DNA of 64,000 nucleotides, from NCBI GenBank assembly GCA_963835625.1, contig CAWIGO010000012.1:28895-92894 (forward strand), written 5' to 3'. Under the pieces are notes generated by a model. That model searched no databases, was not told where the DNA came from, and was given only the letters and a program-made list of their open reading frames with translations. Shown here piece after piece: positions 1 through 8,613 of the stretch; positions within the stretch are counted from its first letter, which is position 1, and each line of letters starts with the position of its first letter. The translations under genes were made by a program, and so were the position numbers. The stretch is from an uncultured Verrucomicrobiae bacterium (GTDB lineage Bacteria; Verrucomicrobiota; Verrucomicrobiia; Limisphaerales; UBA11358).

Positions 1-77
1 AGGCTGCTTCACCCCGCGATTAGGAATAAATAATATGGCCAGCGCCTGTGGCCAGCACAAGAAGTTTCGGCTCCTAT

Positions 78-665
78 TCAGAACGGACATACTCCATAGC
101 AAATCCAGTAGCCAAGCAGTTTCGCGTATTCCAGACGGACGCGATTGCCGATGCGATTGTGCGCCCAATCGGCATGGGCAGAGGCAAAATAAGATGGACG
201 CGAGTAAAATTGGATGTCCGGCGCATAATGGCGGAAACACGCCAGCGCCCGCCGCGAATGATACCATGAAGTAACAATAATGACGCGCTTCGCATGAAGT
301 AAATTCGGTTTGCGGAGTAATTGGATCGTAAACTGTGCGTTTTCTTTTGTCGTGCGGGACTGGTTCTCCATTTCAATCACGCCCGATGGCACACCGGCTT
401 CAATCAATAGCCGGCGGTTTATTTCGTAATCGCCCAGCCCGCTGATGATGATGCGCGGCGCGGCGTGTTCCTTGAAAAGTTCCGCCGCGCGCCCGGGCCG
501 TTCGTGCGAACCGCCACCCAAAATGACAATGACATCGGCCTTCACCGGCCCGCTATCCACGCACAAAAACCATTGCGGAAAAAGAATTGCGGTGGCGGCG
601 AGCAATAAAAAAAACGCGGAAAACGCGAGCCCCATTTTCAAAAACCGTTTTCGCGCCCGAGTCAT
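78..665 (-). CDS. DUF218/YdcF-family (ElyC/SanA-like) membrane-anchored protein
   Basis: Long ORF 78..1169 trimmed to the internal ATG at 665 (MTRARKRF...). It has a hydrophobic N-terminal anchor, then the VIVILGGG...IISG...TTKENA pattern typical of DUF218. The upstream part of the ORF is antisense to mlaE. Confidence 0.7.
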   Translation of the reverse strand: MTRARKRFLKMGLAFSAFFLLLAATAILFPQWFLCVDSGPVKADVIVILGGGSHERPGRAAELFKEHAAPRIIISGLGDYEINRRLLIEAGVPSGVIEMENQSRTTKENAQFTIQLLRKPNLLHAKRVIIVTSWYHSRRALACFRHYAPDIQFYSRPSYFASAHADWAHNRIGNRVRLEYAKLLGYWICYGVCPF

Positions 666-761
666 GACTGGTGAACATGGCAGTTTTGCCGCCCTATCGC
701 AACCGGCAGCGAGCGTTAATCCCGCGCTGGCCAAACCCCACGCTGGTTTGATACTCTGCGC

Positions 762-1547
762 GTGATGATGTTTTCTTCCGCCAACAAACGCGTGACCGAA
801 TCTCTCGCGGGGCTGGGGCAAATCACTTTGCTGGCCAAGGAGGCTGTGACTTCGCTGTTCACGTTCAAAATCGCCTGGCGCGATTTGCTTTATCAAATTT
901 ATTTCGTGGGCGTCAAATCGCAGGCAGTTGTGCTCATTACCGGCGCGTTCACCGGAATGGTGCTGGGGGCGCAAACTTATTTCCAATTCCACAAGGTCAA
1001 AATGGACACAGCCACTCTTGCAGTCGTCGGTGTTTCCATGTGCAGTGAACTCGGCCCCGTGCTGACAGCGCTCATGGTCGCAGGCCGGGTCGGTGCGGCC
1101 ATCGCCGCCGAAATCGGCACGATGCGTGTGACGGAACAAATTGACGCGCTCCGCACGCTGGCGACGCATCCGGTGGATTACCTCGTGGTTCCGCGGATTT
1201 TAGCCGGATTCATTGCGCTGCCGCTGTTAACAGCGGAATCCATTTCCATCGGCATCGCAGCGGGTTATTTTGTTGGCGTCAAATTGCTGGATATTGACCC
1301 GACCTATTCCTGGGCGCACCTGCTCAAATACACAGGCGACACGGACGTGGTGATTGGGTTGATCAAGGCTTTCATTTACGGCGGCATTTTGACGCTGATC
1401 GGCTGTTACAAAGGCATGACGTGCGGGTTGGGCGCTGAAGGCGTCGGACGGGCAACCACCGAAGCGGTTGTCTATTCTTCCATTGCCATTCTCATTTCCA
1501 ATTTCTTTTTGACGATGTTGTTGGAAAGGGTGTTGAACGCAGTATGA
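762..1547 (+). CDS. mlaE: MlaE-family ABC transporter permease
   Basis: 261 aa multi-TM protein with the EIGTMRVTEQIDAL motif characteristic of MlaE/YrbE permeases. It is followed by ATPase and MCE genes. Confidence 0.85.
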   Translation: MMMFSSANKRVTESLAGLGQITLLAKEAVTSLFTFKIAWRDLLYQIYFVGVKSQAVVLITGAFTGMVLGAQTYFQFHKVKMDTATLAVVGVSMCSELGPVLTALMVAGRVGAAIAAEIGTMRVTEQIDALRTLATHPVDYLVVPRILAGFIALPLLTAESISIGIAAGYFVGVKLLDIDPTYSWAHLLKYTGDTDVVIGLIKAFIYGGILTLIGCYKGMTCGLGAEGVGRATTEAVVYSSIAILISNFFLTMLLERVLNAV

Positions 1548-2287
1548 TTGAAGTGCGTCATTTGGAAAAACGTTTTGGCGAACAGACCGTTTTGGATGAT
1601 GTAAGCTTTCAGATTGAAAACGGCGAATCGGTCGCCATCATCGGGCGCAGCGGCATCGGCAAAAGCGTTCTGCTCAAGCACCTCATCGGCCTGCTGAAGC
1701 CGGATGAGGGTGAGGTGCTGATTGACGGCGAAAACATCGTGCCGATGGACGAACGCCAGTTGCTGCACGTGCGTCGAAAATTCGGCATGCTGTTTCAAGG
1801 CGCGGCGTTGTTTGATTCGATGACCGTCGCGGAAAATGTGGCGTTCGCGCTCCGGCACCACAATGTCCATTGGACCGAAGCGGAAATCACCCGGCGTGTT
1901 GCCGATGCTCTGGCCGTTGTGGATTTGTCGGGCACGGAAAACAGAAACCCGGCTGAATTGTCCGGTGGCATGAGAAAACGCGTCGGTTTGGCGCGCGCGA
2001 TTATTTATGAACCACAAATCGTGCTTTACGACGAGCCGACGACCGGCCTCGACCCGATTGTGGCCGACAGCATTGATAAATTGATTATGCACGTGCGTGA
2101 CCAGTTAAAAGTGACTACGGTTGTTGTCACACACGATATGCGCACGGCGCGGCGTGTCGGCCAACGCGTGTTGATGATGCATGATAATAAAATTTACACG
2201 AGCGGCACGCCGGATGAGTTTTTTGCGTCGCAGGACCCGATTGTGCGCCAATTCATTGATGGCGTTGCGGACGCCAGAAAAAATTAG
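1544..2287 (+). CDS. mlaF: MlaF-type ABC transporter ATP-binding protein
   Basis: Walker A GRSGIGKS, ABC signature LSGGMRKR and Walker B VLYDEPT. Overlaps the mlaE stop by 4 nt. Confidence 0.9.
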   Translation: MIEVRHLEKRFGEQTVLDDVSFQIENGESVAIIGRSGIGKSVLLKHLIGLLKPDEGEVLIDGENIVPMDERQLLHVRRKFGMLFQGAALFDSMTVAENVAFALRHHNVHWTEAEITRRVADALAVVDLSGTENRNPAELSGGMRKRVGLARAIIYEPQIVLYDEPTTGLDPIVADSIDKLIMHVRDQLKVTTVVVTHDMRTARRVGQRVLMMHDNKIYTSGTPDEFFASQDPIVRQFIDGVADARKN

Positions 2288-2290
2288 GCC

Positions 2291-3151
2291 ATGGAAAAGT
2301 CGCATTTTGAAACCAAAGTTGGCTTGTTCGTGCTCGTCGGGATCGCACTGCTGGCCGTGCTGCTGATTCAATTCAGCAAGGGCACGAGCTTGTTTCGCGG
2401 CACTTACGAATTGCGCCTGCATGCCGATAATGTCGGCGGCCTCAAGCCGCGCTCGGCTGTCCTGCTCGCCGGAGTGCAAGTCGGCAGCGTTTCGGACATC
2501 AAACTTGCCGAAAACGGCAAAAGCGTCACCATTTTTCTGCGCATTTACCAAAACTACAAAATTTACCACGACGTGCGGTTTGTCATTGAACAATCCGGTT
2601 TCCTCGGCGACCAATATGTCTCCATCATCCCGACGGCCAATCAATTACCCCTGCTCCAAAACGGAGCAGACGTGCCGTGTGAACAGCCGTTCAACCTGCA
2701 GGAAGTCGCGCGCTCGGCATCCGGCTTTATTCTGCGTATTGACGAAACGGCAAAGAAACTCGATACCGCCGTCAGCGATCTCAACGCGTTCGTCGCGACA
2801 AACGGTTCGCAGATTGACCTCGCCGTCAGCAACGCGGTTTTCTTTTCACAAGAGCTTACCAGACTGGCCGGCAGCGCCCGTAGCGTCATTTCGACGAACA
2901 GCGAGGGAATTTCTGCTTCTGTAAAAAACATCGAATCTTCGACCGAAGTTCTAAAAAAATTGATGAACGATTTGCAATCCGGTAAAGGGCTGGCTGGAAC
3001 CATGCTGAAAAACGAACAATTGGCGACTAACGTGCAGGAAATTGCAGACAACCTCGCGATCGCGACAAGCAATCTGAACCGGCTCGGTCTGTGGCATTTT
3101 CTCTGGCATCGCGAGCCGCCGCATACAAACGAGATGACACAAAAACCATGA
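2291..3151 (+). CDS. mlaD: MlaD/MCE-domain protein
   Basis: N-terminal TM helix followed by an MCE-like domain (GLKPRSAVLLAGVQVGSV). Third gene of the mlaEFD arrangement. Confidence 0.8.
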   Translation: MEKSHFETKVGLFVLVGIALLAVLLIQFSKGTSLFRGTYELRLHADNVGGLKPRSAVLLAGVQVGSVSDIKLAENGKSVTIFLRIYQNYKIYHDVRFVIEQSGFLGDQYVSIIPTANQLPLLQNGADVPCEQPFNLQEVARSASGFILRIDETAKKLDTAVSDLNAFVATNGSQIDLAVSNAVFFSQELTRLAGSARSVISTNSEGISASVKNIESSTEVLKKLMNDLQSGKGLAGTMLKNEQLATNVQEIADNLAIATSNLNRLGLWHFLWHREPPHTNEMTQKP

Positions 3152-4170
3152 CTCCGCTTTGGATTATTCGCGTTTTATTTTTGAGCCTGTGCACGACGGC
3201 GGGTTATGCCGTCAGCCAGGTGAACCCCGAATTCACCGGTGTGAATTACAGCGGCGTGTTCGGCATGCTCCTCGGTTTTGGTTTTGGTGGATTGATGATT
3301 GCCGTGGATGAAATGCTCAAGGGGTTTTCACTGCGCGCATTCTCGGCCATTACGTTCGGCCTGTTGCTCGGCACGGTTGTCGCGCTTCTCATTGACCGCG
3401 GTTCGGGCCTGTTTGAAAATGCCGAGGAAAAAGTCCGCTGGCTCATCCGGCTCGGACTCTTTCTGGGTTTTAGTTATATCGGCATTGTTCTTGCCATGCG
3501 CAGCAACAAGGAAGATTTCTCGCTTATCATCCCCTATGTCCGGTTTAGACAACAAAGTCAGCAGGATAATTTACTTTTGCTCGACACCAGCGTCATCATT
3601 GACGGTCGAATCGCGGATTTGATTGAAGCCCGTATTTTTGAAGGCCTGATTGTCGTGCCGCGATTCGTGCTCAATGAAATTCAGCAAATTGCCGATTCGA
3701 GTGATCCCATCAAGCGCGAGCGTGGCCGGCGCGGACTCGAAATGCTCAACCGCATCCAACGCAATACCAACATCGAAGTCCGCATTCACGAAAGCGATTT
3801 CCCCGACGAAAAGGAGGTGGACGCCAAGCTCGTCCGCCTGGCGCACAGCCTCAACGCCCGGCTTTTCACCAACGACTACAACCTCGCCAAAGTCGCTGAG
3901 CTTCTAAAGGTCAACTGTGTGAACCTCCATGAAGTCGCCAAACACCTCAAAACCATTTTGATCCCCGGCGAAATTTTGCGCTTGAAGATTGTTCGCGAGG
4001 GCAAGGACAAAGGCCAGGGCGTTGGCTACATGCCAGACGGCACGATGGTCGTCATCAACAATGGCCAAGCGCACATCGGCCAGCAGGTCGAAGTGGAAGT
4101 CAAGAGCCTGCTCCAAACCGGCGCTGGTGTCATCATCTTCGCCGACATAAAAACGCCGGTGGCTGCTTGA
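3148..4170 (+). CDS. PIN/TRAM-domain membrane protein (YacL-like)
   Basis: ORF 3091..4170 trimmed to the ATG at 3148, which makes an ATGA overlap with the mlaD stop. It has N-terminal TM helices, a PIN-like LLLLDTSVIIDGRI segment and a C-terminal TRAM-like GQQVEVEVKSLLQTGAGVIIFA. Confidence 0.7.
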   Translation: MTPLWIIRVLFLSLCTTAGYAVSQVNPEFTGVNYSGVFGMLLGFGFGGLMIAVDEMLKGFSLRAFSAITFGLLLGTVVALLIDRGSGLFENAEEKVRWLIRLGLFLGFSYIGIVLAMRSNKEDFSLIIPYVRFRQQSQQDNLLLLDTSVIIDGRIADLIEARIFEGLIVVPRFVLNEIQQIADSSDPIKRERGRRGLEMLNRIQRNTNIEVRIHESDFPDEKEVDAKLVRLAHSLNARLFTNDYNLAKVAELLKVNCVNLHEVAKHLKTILIPGEILRLKIVREGKDKGQGVGYMPDGTMVVINNGQAHIGQQVEVEVKSLLQTGAGVIIFADIKTPVAA

Positions 4171-4199
4171 AATCACGCGGCTCCGGGCGACTTTGAATC

Positions 4200-4412
4200 A
4201 TGCAACTCGTTACTATTTCCAGCGAACTGAACGCAACCGAAGCGCAGATGAAGCGCGCCCGGCTCGAAGCGGCTGGATTCCACGCCGTCGTCATGAACGA
4301 AGCTTCTTCCTTTTGGATGGGCACCGCCATCGCCACCGGCGGCATCCTCGTTCAAGTGCCTGAATCCGAAGCCGCCGATGCCAGGGAATTTCTCAGCGCG
4401 CCCGTCGAATGA
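4200..4412 (+). CDS. Small DUF2007-like protein
   Basis: 70 aa ORF. Its stop overlaps the start of the next gene (ATGA). The sequence resembles the putative signal-transducing DUF2007 fold; this family call was made by eye only. Confidence 0.45.
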   Translation: MQLVTISSELNATEAQMKRARLEAAGFHAVVMNEASSFWMGTAIATGGILVQVPESEAADAREFLSAPVE

Positions 4413-5788
4413 CTCCTGAAAAATTAAAATCGCTCCGCCGGCTCAAAAAGATTCTGCCCTCTGGCGAAATCATCTTCGATCCGCGAACGCTTGAAAAATA
4501 TGCCGGGGACAAATGGTTTGCTTCGCATCAGCCGGACGCCGTCGCCCTGCCCCGCTCCACCCAATCCGTCTCTGCTCTGCTCCGCTTTGCCAATCGCCAC
4601 GGTATTCCCGTGACACCGCGCGGCGCGGGCCATGGCTACGTTGGCGGCTGCGTGCCCGTGCGCGGGGGCATCGTGCTCTCGCTGGAACGCATGAATCGCA
4701 TCAAGGAAATCAACGCCGCCGATTTCATTGCCGTCGTCCAGCCGGGCGTCAACACGCAAACGCTTCAGAAAATCGTTGAAAGGCGCGGCCTCTTTTACCC
4801 GCCCGACCCTGCCAGCCGCGCGGATAACTTCATCGGCGGCAACATTGCCACCAACGCCGGCGGCCCGCGCTGTTTGAAATATGGCGTCACCCGCGATTAT
4901 GTCCTCGGCCTTGAAGTCGTCCTCGCCGATGGAACTGTCGTCCGGCTCGGCGGTCGCACGCACAAAAACAAAACCGGTTTTGAGTTGCACCGGTTGTTCA
5001 TCGGCTCGGAAGGTTTGCTCGGCGTCGTCACTGAAGCCACAATCAAACTGATTCCGCTGCCGCCATTTCGCGCAACGCTTGCCGCCGGTTTCCATTCGAT
5101 GAAAGATGCGGTGCGCGCGCTTCAAGGAATTTTGGCCGCTGGATTTCTGCCCAGCGCGCTCGAATTGGCCGACGAATTCACGCTCGCTGCCGCCGCCGAA
5201 TACACAAAAAACAATCGTCTTGGAATTTGCCGCGCGCATCTGATTGTTGAACTCGACGGCCAGAAAAATTCCGTGCGCAGCGAATTGCCCGCCGTCGAGC
5301 GCGTGATTCGCAGGCATCAACCGCGATTCGTCGAACGTGGATGGGGCGATATCGAGTGCGAAAAAATCTGGCAAATCCGCCGCGAATTTTCCGCCGCGCT
5401 CAAAGACACTGGCCTTACAAAACTCAACGAGGACATCGTCGTGCCACGCGGAAAACTTGAAGCGCTTTTCAAATTCACGGCGAAGTTGCAAAAGAAACAC
5501 GATCTGCCGATTGCCTGTTTCGGTCATGCCGGCGACGGCAATATCCACACCAATGTAATGGTGGATTATACACAGCCCGGTGCCAAACACCGCGCCGAAG
5601 CCGCGCTGGATGAACTCTTTGCTCAAATTATCGCCTGGGGTGGTGCCATCAGTGGCGAACACGGCGTCGGCCTTGCCAAAAAACGCTGGTGGCCGCTGGC
5701 GGTTTCAAAGGAAGTTCGCGAACTCCATCGTGCTGTAAAGCACGCGCTCGACCCGAAAGGCATTTTGAATCCGGGCAAGTTTGTTTGA
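4409..5788 (+). CDS. FAD-binding oxidoreductase, GlcD / D-lactate dehydrogenase family
   Basis: 459 aa with an FAD_binding_4-type N-terminus (PRGAGHGYVGG) and a C-terminal GGAISGEHGVGLAK motif typical of FAD-linked oxidases. Confidence 0.85.
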   Translation: MTPEKLKSLRRLKKILPSGEIIFDPRTLEKYAGDKWFASHQPDAVALPRSTQSVSALLRFANRHGIPVTPRGAGHGYVGGCVPVRGGIVLSLERMNRIKEINAADFIAVVQPGVNTQTLQKIVERRGLFYPPDPASRADNFIGGNIATNAGGPRCLKYGVTRDYVLGLEVVLADGTVVRLGGRTHKNKTGFELHRLFIGSEGLLGVVTEATIKLIPLPPFRATLAAGFHSMKDAVRALQGILAAGFLPSALELADEFTLAAAAEYTKNNRLGICRAHLIVELDGQKNSVRSELPAVERVIRRHQPRFVERGWGDIECEKIWQIRREFSAALKDTGLTKLNEDIVVPRGKLEALFKFTAKLQKKHDLPIACFGHAGDGNIHTNVMVDYTQPGAKHRAEAALDELFAQIIAWGGAISGEHGVGLAKKRWWPLAVSKEVRELHRAVKHALDPKGILNPGKFV

Positions 5789-5855
5789 CCCTGCCACGTC
5801 CACCTTTCCATTTTGGGGGCGAATCACGCTTCCCCAACCACTGCAAATTTAATGC

Positions 5856-5884
5856 TTGGAATTCCGGAAACAAACTTTTACAAT
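5856..5884 (+). promoter_or_regulatory. Putative sigma70-type promoter (TTGGAA-17 nt-TACAAT)
   Basis: The -35 TTGGAA is at 5856-5861 and the -10 TACAAT at 5879-5884, with a 17-nt spacer. The -10 ends 9 nt before the ATG at 5894, which implies a leaderless or near-leaderless transcript. Confidence 0.4.
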
Positions 5885-5893
5885 GGCCTCACA

Positions 5894-6130
5894 ATGAACA
5901 TGAAAGGACTCCTTAATCTTTCGGTCGCCAAGCTGAAACGCATGGCGGTTTTGAAAGCACGAATCGAACGCATGCAATCACGGCTGGAAGCCTTGGCAGC
6001 AAGCGCTTCGCCGTCCCCAACTGGAAAAGCAGTTCGCAAGCGGCGGAAAATGAGCGCCGCCGCCCGCCGGAAAATTTCCCGGGCCGCCAAGGCGCGCTGG
6101 GCAAAAGTCCGGGCCGCAAAATCGAAATAA
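5894..6130 (+). CDS. Hypothetical small coiled-coil / Arg-Lys-rich protein
   Basis: ORF 5813..6130 trimmed to the ATG at 5894 (MNMKGLL...). The C-terminus, KMSAAARRKISRAAKARWAKVRAAK, is strongly basic. No family was recognised. Confidence 0.4.
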   Translation: MNMKGLLNLSVAKLKRMAVLKARIERMQSRLEALAASASPSPTGKAVRKRRKMSAAARRKISRAAKARWAKVRAAKSK

Positions 6131-6200
6131 TCCAATTCCAACCGGAATGGTGGCGGTGAGGAGGCTTTAATCCGCCGGAGTGCCGGGAAAAAGTTTGGCC

Positions 6201-6227
6201 GGCGCGCTCGGAGAGCGCGCCCTACCC
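6201..6227. repeat. REP-like hairpin of the GGTAGGG family
   Basis: GGCGCGCTC-GGA-GAGCGCGCC forms a 9-bp stem followed by CTACCC. On the minus strand this reads GGGTAG + hairpin and overlaps the rsmI stop codon. Confidence 0.5.
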
Positions 6228-6920
6228 GACCGCTTCAACCATCACAACAAACTCGCCTTTCAAACTCCGCTTCTTCGCAATCTCCAGCAGTTCCGCCGGT
6301 TTGCCGCGCAGAAATTCCTCGAACTTCTTCGTCAACTCACGCGCCAGCACAACTTCGCGTTCGGGAAAAACCTCGTTGAGTTCGCCCAGCAATTTCCCGA
6401 TTCGAAACGGTGATTCATAAAATACCAGCGTGCCAGCAATTGTTTTGAGCGATTCCAATTTATTCCGTCGCTGACCGGATTTGTGCGGCAGAAAACCGAC
6501 GAAATGGAATTCGCTTGTCGGCAGACCGCTAGCGGTGAGCGCGGCTACCAACGCGCACGCGCCGGGAACGGACTCAACACGGAAACCGGCGGCGATGGCA
6601 GCTTTGACCACGCGTTCACCGGGATCGCTGATGCCGGGACTGCCCGCATCCGTGACCAGCGCGACTTTTTCGCCGCGCCGGAGGCGTTCGATGATTTCCT
6701 CGCTGCGCTTGGCTTCGTTGAACTGGAAATAGCTCAAGAGCGGTTTGGAGATTCCGAAATGCTTCAGCAGTTGCCCGGAATGCCGCGTGTCCTCGGCGGC
6801 GACGACGTCGCACTCGCGCAACACGCGTAGCGCGCGCAGCGTGATGTCTTCGAGATTGCCAATGGGCGTGGCCACGAGATAAAGCGTACCCGGAATCAAC
6901 GGCGGCAATGCGGCGTCCAT
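6222..6920 (-). CDS. rsmI: 16S rRNA (cytidine1402-2'-O)-methyltransferase
   Basis: LYLVATPIGNLEDITLRALRVL...AAEDTRHSGQLL is the typical RsmI N-terminus. The start is set at the internal ATG at 6920. Confidence 0.9.
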   Translation of the reverse strand: MDAALPPLIPGTLYLVATPIGNLEDITLRALRVLRECDVVAAEDTRHSGQLLKHFGISKPLLSYFQFNEAKRSEEIIERLRRGEKVALVTDAGSPGISDPGERVVKAAIAAGFRVESVPGACALVAALTASGLPTSEFHFVGFLPHKSGQRRNKLESLKTIAGTLVFYESPFRIGKLLGELNEVFPEREVVLARELTKKFEEFLRGKPAELLEIAKKRSLKGEFVVMVEAVG

Positions 6921-7128
6921 GCCTTGACTAAAGCAGAAATTGGGCGTCAAATAAACCGGATTCAGCAAATGAAAATCATTGGAACAACTTGCAGCCTTTG
7001 TCCGACAATAAAATTTAGCAATTCACAGGCGAACTATTTGTGGGTGAAAGGCTTTTGCAGAATCGAAATCAAAACGATGAAAAAGGATAGGCTGCAAACA
7101 ACGCCCCCTACTCACTGTTAGGTCATTT

Positions 7129-7638
7129 ATGTTCTACGACGACGAACCAGAATCATATCACGACGTTGCCTTGATTTGTTTGAACGGGCATGTGGTTAAC
7201 GATAGTTCTCGCACAAGCCCACAATTCAACGCGAAGCATTGCGATAAGTGTGGAGAGCCTACCATTGACACATGCCCAGCTTGTAAGAAGCCCATCAAGG
7301 GGGATTACAAGTCTCCGGGTGTTTTGGTGCTTGGCATGGGACAATCGCCCGCACCGAGTTTTTGTCAGGAGTGTGGCAAGTCGTTTCCTTGGACTGAGCG
7401 GCGGCTCGCCGCTGCCAAAGAGTTGGCAGACGAGTTAGATGGTTTGACGGATGATGACAAATTGAAGTTGCGGGGAGCCCTCGACGACCTAGTTAAGGAG
7501 GGGCCGAAAGTTGAGCCTGCAAAGTTGCGATTCAAGCAGATTATGAAAAAGGTTAGTCGAGAAGGCTACGATATGATGAAGTCGGTAGTCACTGATCTTG
7601 TCAGTGAGTCCGTTCGTAAGGCAATTTATGGTTCGTGA
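7129..7638 (+). CDS. Cassette ORF: double zinc-ribbon protein (possibly DUF2321-like)
   Basis: 169 aa with C..H, CDKC, CPAC and CQEC pairs, then a charged helical C-terminus. The ATG lies 5 nt after GTTAGGT. Confidence 0.6.
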   Translation: MFYDDEPESYHDVALICLNGHVVNDSSRTSPQFNAKHCDKCGEPTIDTCPACKKPIKGDYKSPGVLVLGMGQSPAPSFCQECGKSFPWTERRLAAAKELADELDGLTDDDKLKLRGALDDLVKEGPKVEPAKLRFKQIMKKVSREGYDMMKSVVTDLVSESVRKAIYGS

Positions 7639-7644
7639 GCAATG

Positions 7645-7774
7645 GCCTAACAAATCGCTGCAGGCAACTCCGATAAATCGCGAGCAGGCGCGGGCTGGCG
7701 TACAGTCAGCCTGCCCCGAAAGCTTTCGCGGTTGACATCACACATCAGGCGTGGCTCAGTTCTCGTCGCTAGGC
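7645..7774 (+). repeat. attC-like site 1A
   Basis: R'' GCCTAAC at 7645-7651 and L'' TCGCTGCAGGCAAC. L' is GCGTGGCTCAGTTCTCGTC. R' is the degenerate GCTAGGC at 7768-7774. The internal core is homologous to the element at 53889. Confidence 0.6.
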
Positions 7775-7786
7775 AGCATTACATTT

Positions 7787-8041
7787 ATGACCACACCAAC
7801 ACCAGTATCACCCACACCTAAGTCCAAACTCCTGCCGATTGGCATTTTATTTATCGTAGTTGGTTTACTTGGACGACAACCACTCGCCAAAGTAGTCGTG
7901 GCTATGCAGCCCAGCCTACTGCGGGGGATTTTATATGTGATCGCCACCGATGGTCTCACGTTATTATTTTTTGCAGGCGTGACCTGTGCTTTGCTTGGAT
8001 GGTTGAGAAACAGGAAGGCAAAACGACCTCCGAAAAGCTGA
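7787..8041 (+). CDS. Cassette ORF: small 2-TM membrane protein
   Basis: ORF 7751..8041 trimmed to the ATG at 7787, which is outside the attC. It has two hydrophobic helices and a basic tail. Confidence 0.5.
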   Translation: MTTPTPVSPTPKSKLLPIGILFIVVGLLGRQPLAKVVVAMQPSLLRGILYVIATDGLTLLFFAGVTCALLGWLRNRKAKRPPKS

Positions 8042-8063
8042 TATGGATGGCACACGCCTGCTG

Positions 8064-8197
8064 CTTAACAAGTCGCCGGAGCTAATCACCGTTGGCACGG
8101 TCAGTTCCGCTTTCGCGGTTCGCGTCGCGAGTCGGCGGTGGCTCTCATCTTCGCTCTTGGCGAGCTACGCTGAGGCAGTCAGCTTTCCACGTTAGGC
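8064..8197 (+). repeat. attC-like site 1B
   Basis: R'' GCTTAAC at 8064-8070 followed by AAGTCGCCGGAGCTAAT. R' GTTAGGC at 8191-8197. It lies between two ORFs. Confidence 0.55.
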
Positions 8198-8210
8198 CAC
8201 GGAGCGCGCT

Positions 8211-8504
8211 ATGAGATATTCGTTGCCCATATCACCAAGTTATCGCAGCCCGATTTTTGAGGCGGTTGCCCTTCAGGTGATTCTCGGCATTCTGAGTCTG
8301 CTGATTCTCGACGGTGGCACGACAGCACGCATTTGCGGCATCGCGTTGGTTGCTTTTTGGGGCGGAGCGACAGTTCTGATTTGGCGGCGACCACAATCAC
8401 CAACCAAGATAGACATAGAGTTGATTCGGTTCGGTTACTTGCCACTTGCCGTGCTGGCGTTCTTTTTGGTTCACTTCATTTGGACTTTGAGAGGTGTTGA
8501 GTGA
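8211..8504 (+). CDS. Cassette ORF: small 3-TM membrane protein
   Basis: 97 aa with a GGAG Shine-Dalgarno sequence (the ribosome-binding GGAG-type motif) 8 nt upstream of the ATG, immediately after R'. Confidence 0.55.
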   Translation: MRYSLPISPSYRSPIFEAVALQVILGILSLLILDGGTTARICGIALVAFWGGATVLIWRRPQSPTKIDIELIRFGYLPLAVLAFFLVHFIWTLRGVE

Positions 8505-8511
8505 AGACGTG

Positions 8512-8610
8512 GTCTAACAAATCGCTGCAGGCAACGCGGGGTGGCGTCTCCAGTTCCGCTATCGCGGAGGTCATCATCCGCTCCGCGTGCCTGAGCTCTG
8601 GACGTTAGGC
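8512..8610 (+). repeat. attC-like site 1C (best preserved)
   Basis: R'' GTCTAAC at 8512-8518 and R' GTTAGGC at 8604-8610. The arms pair, leaving unpaired bases in the L box. Confidence 0.7.
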
Positions 8611-8613
8611 GGC

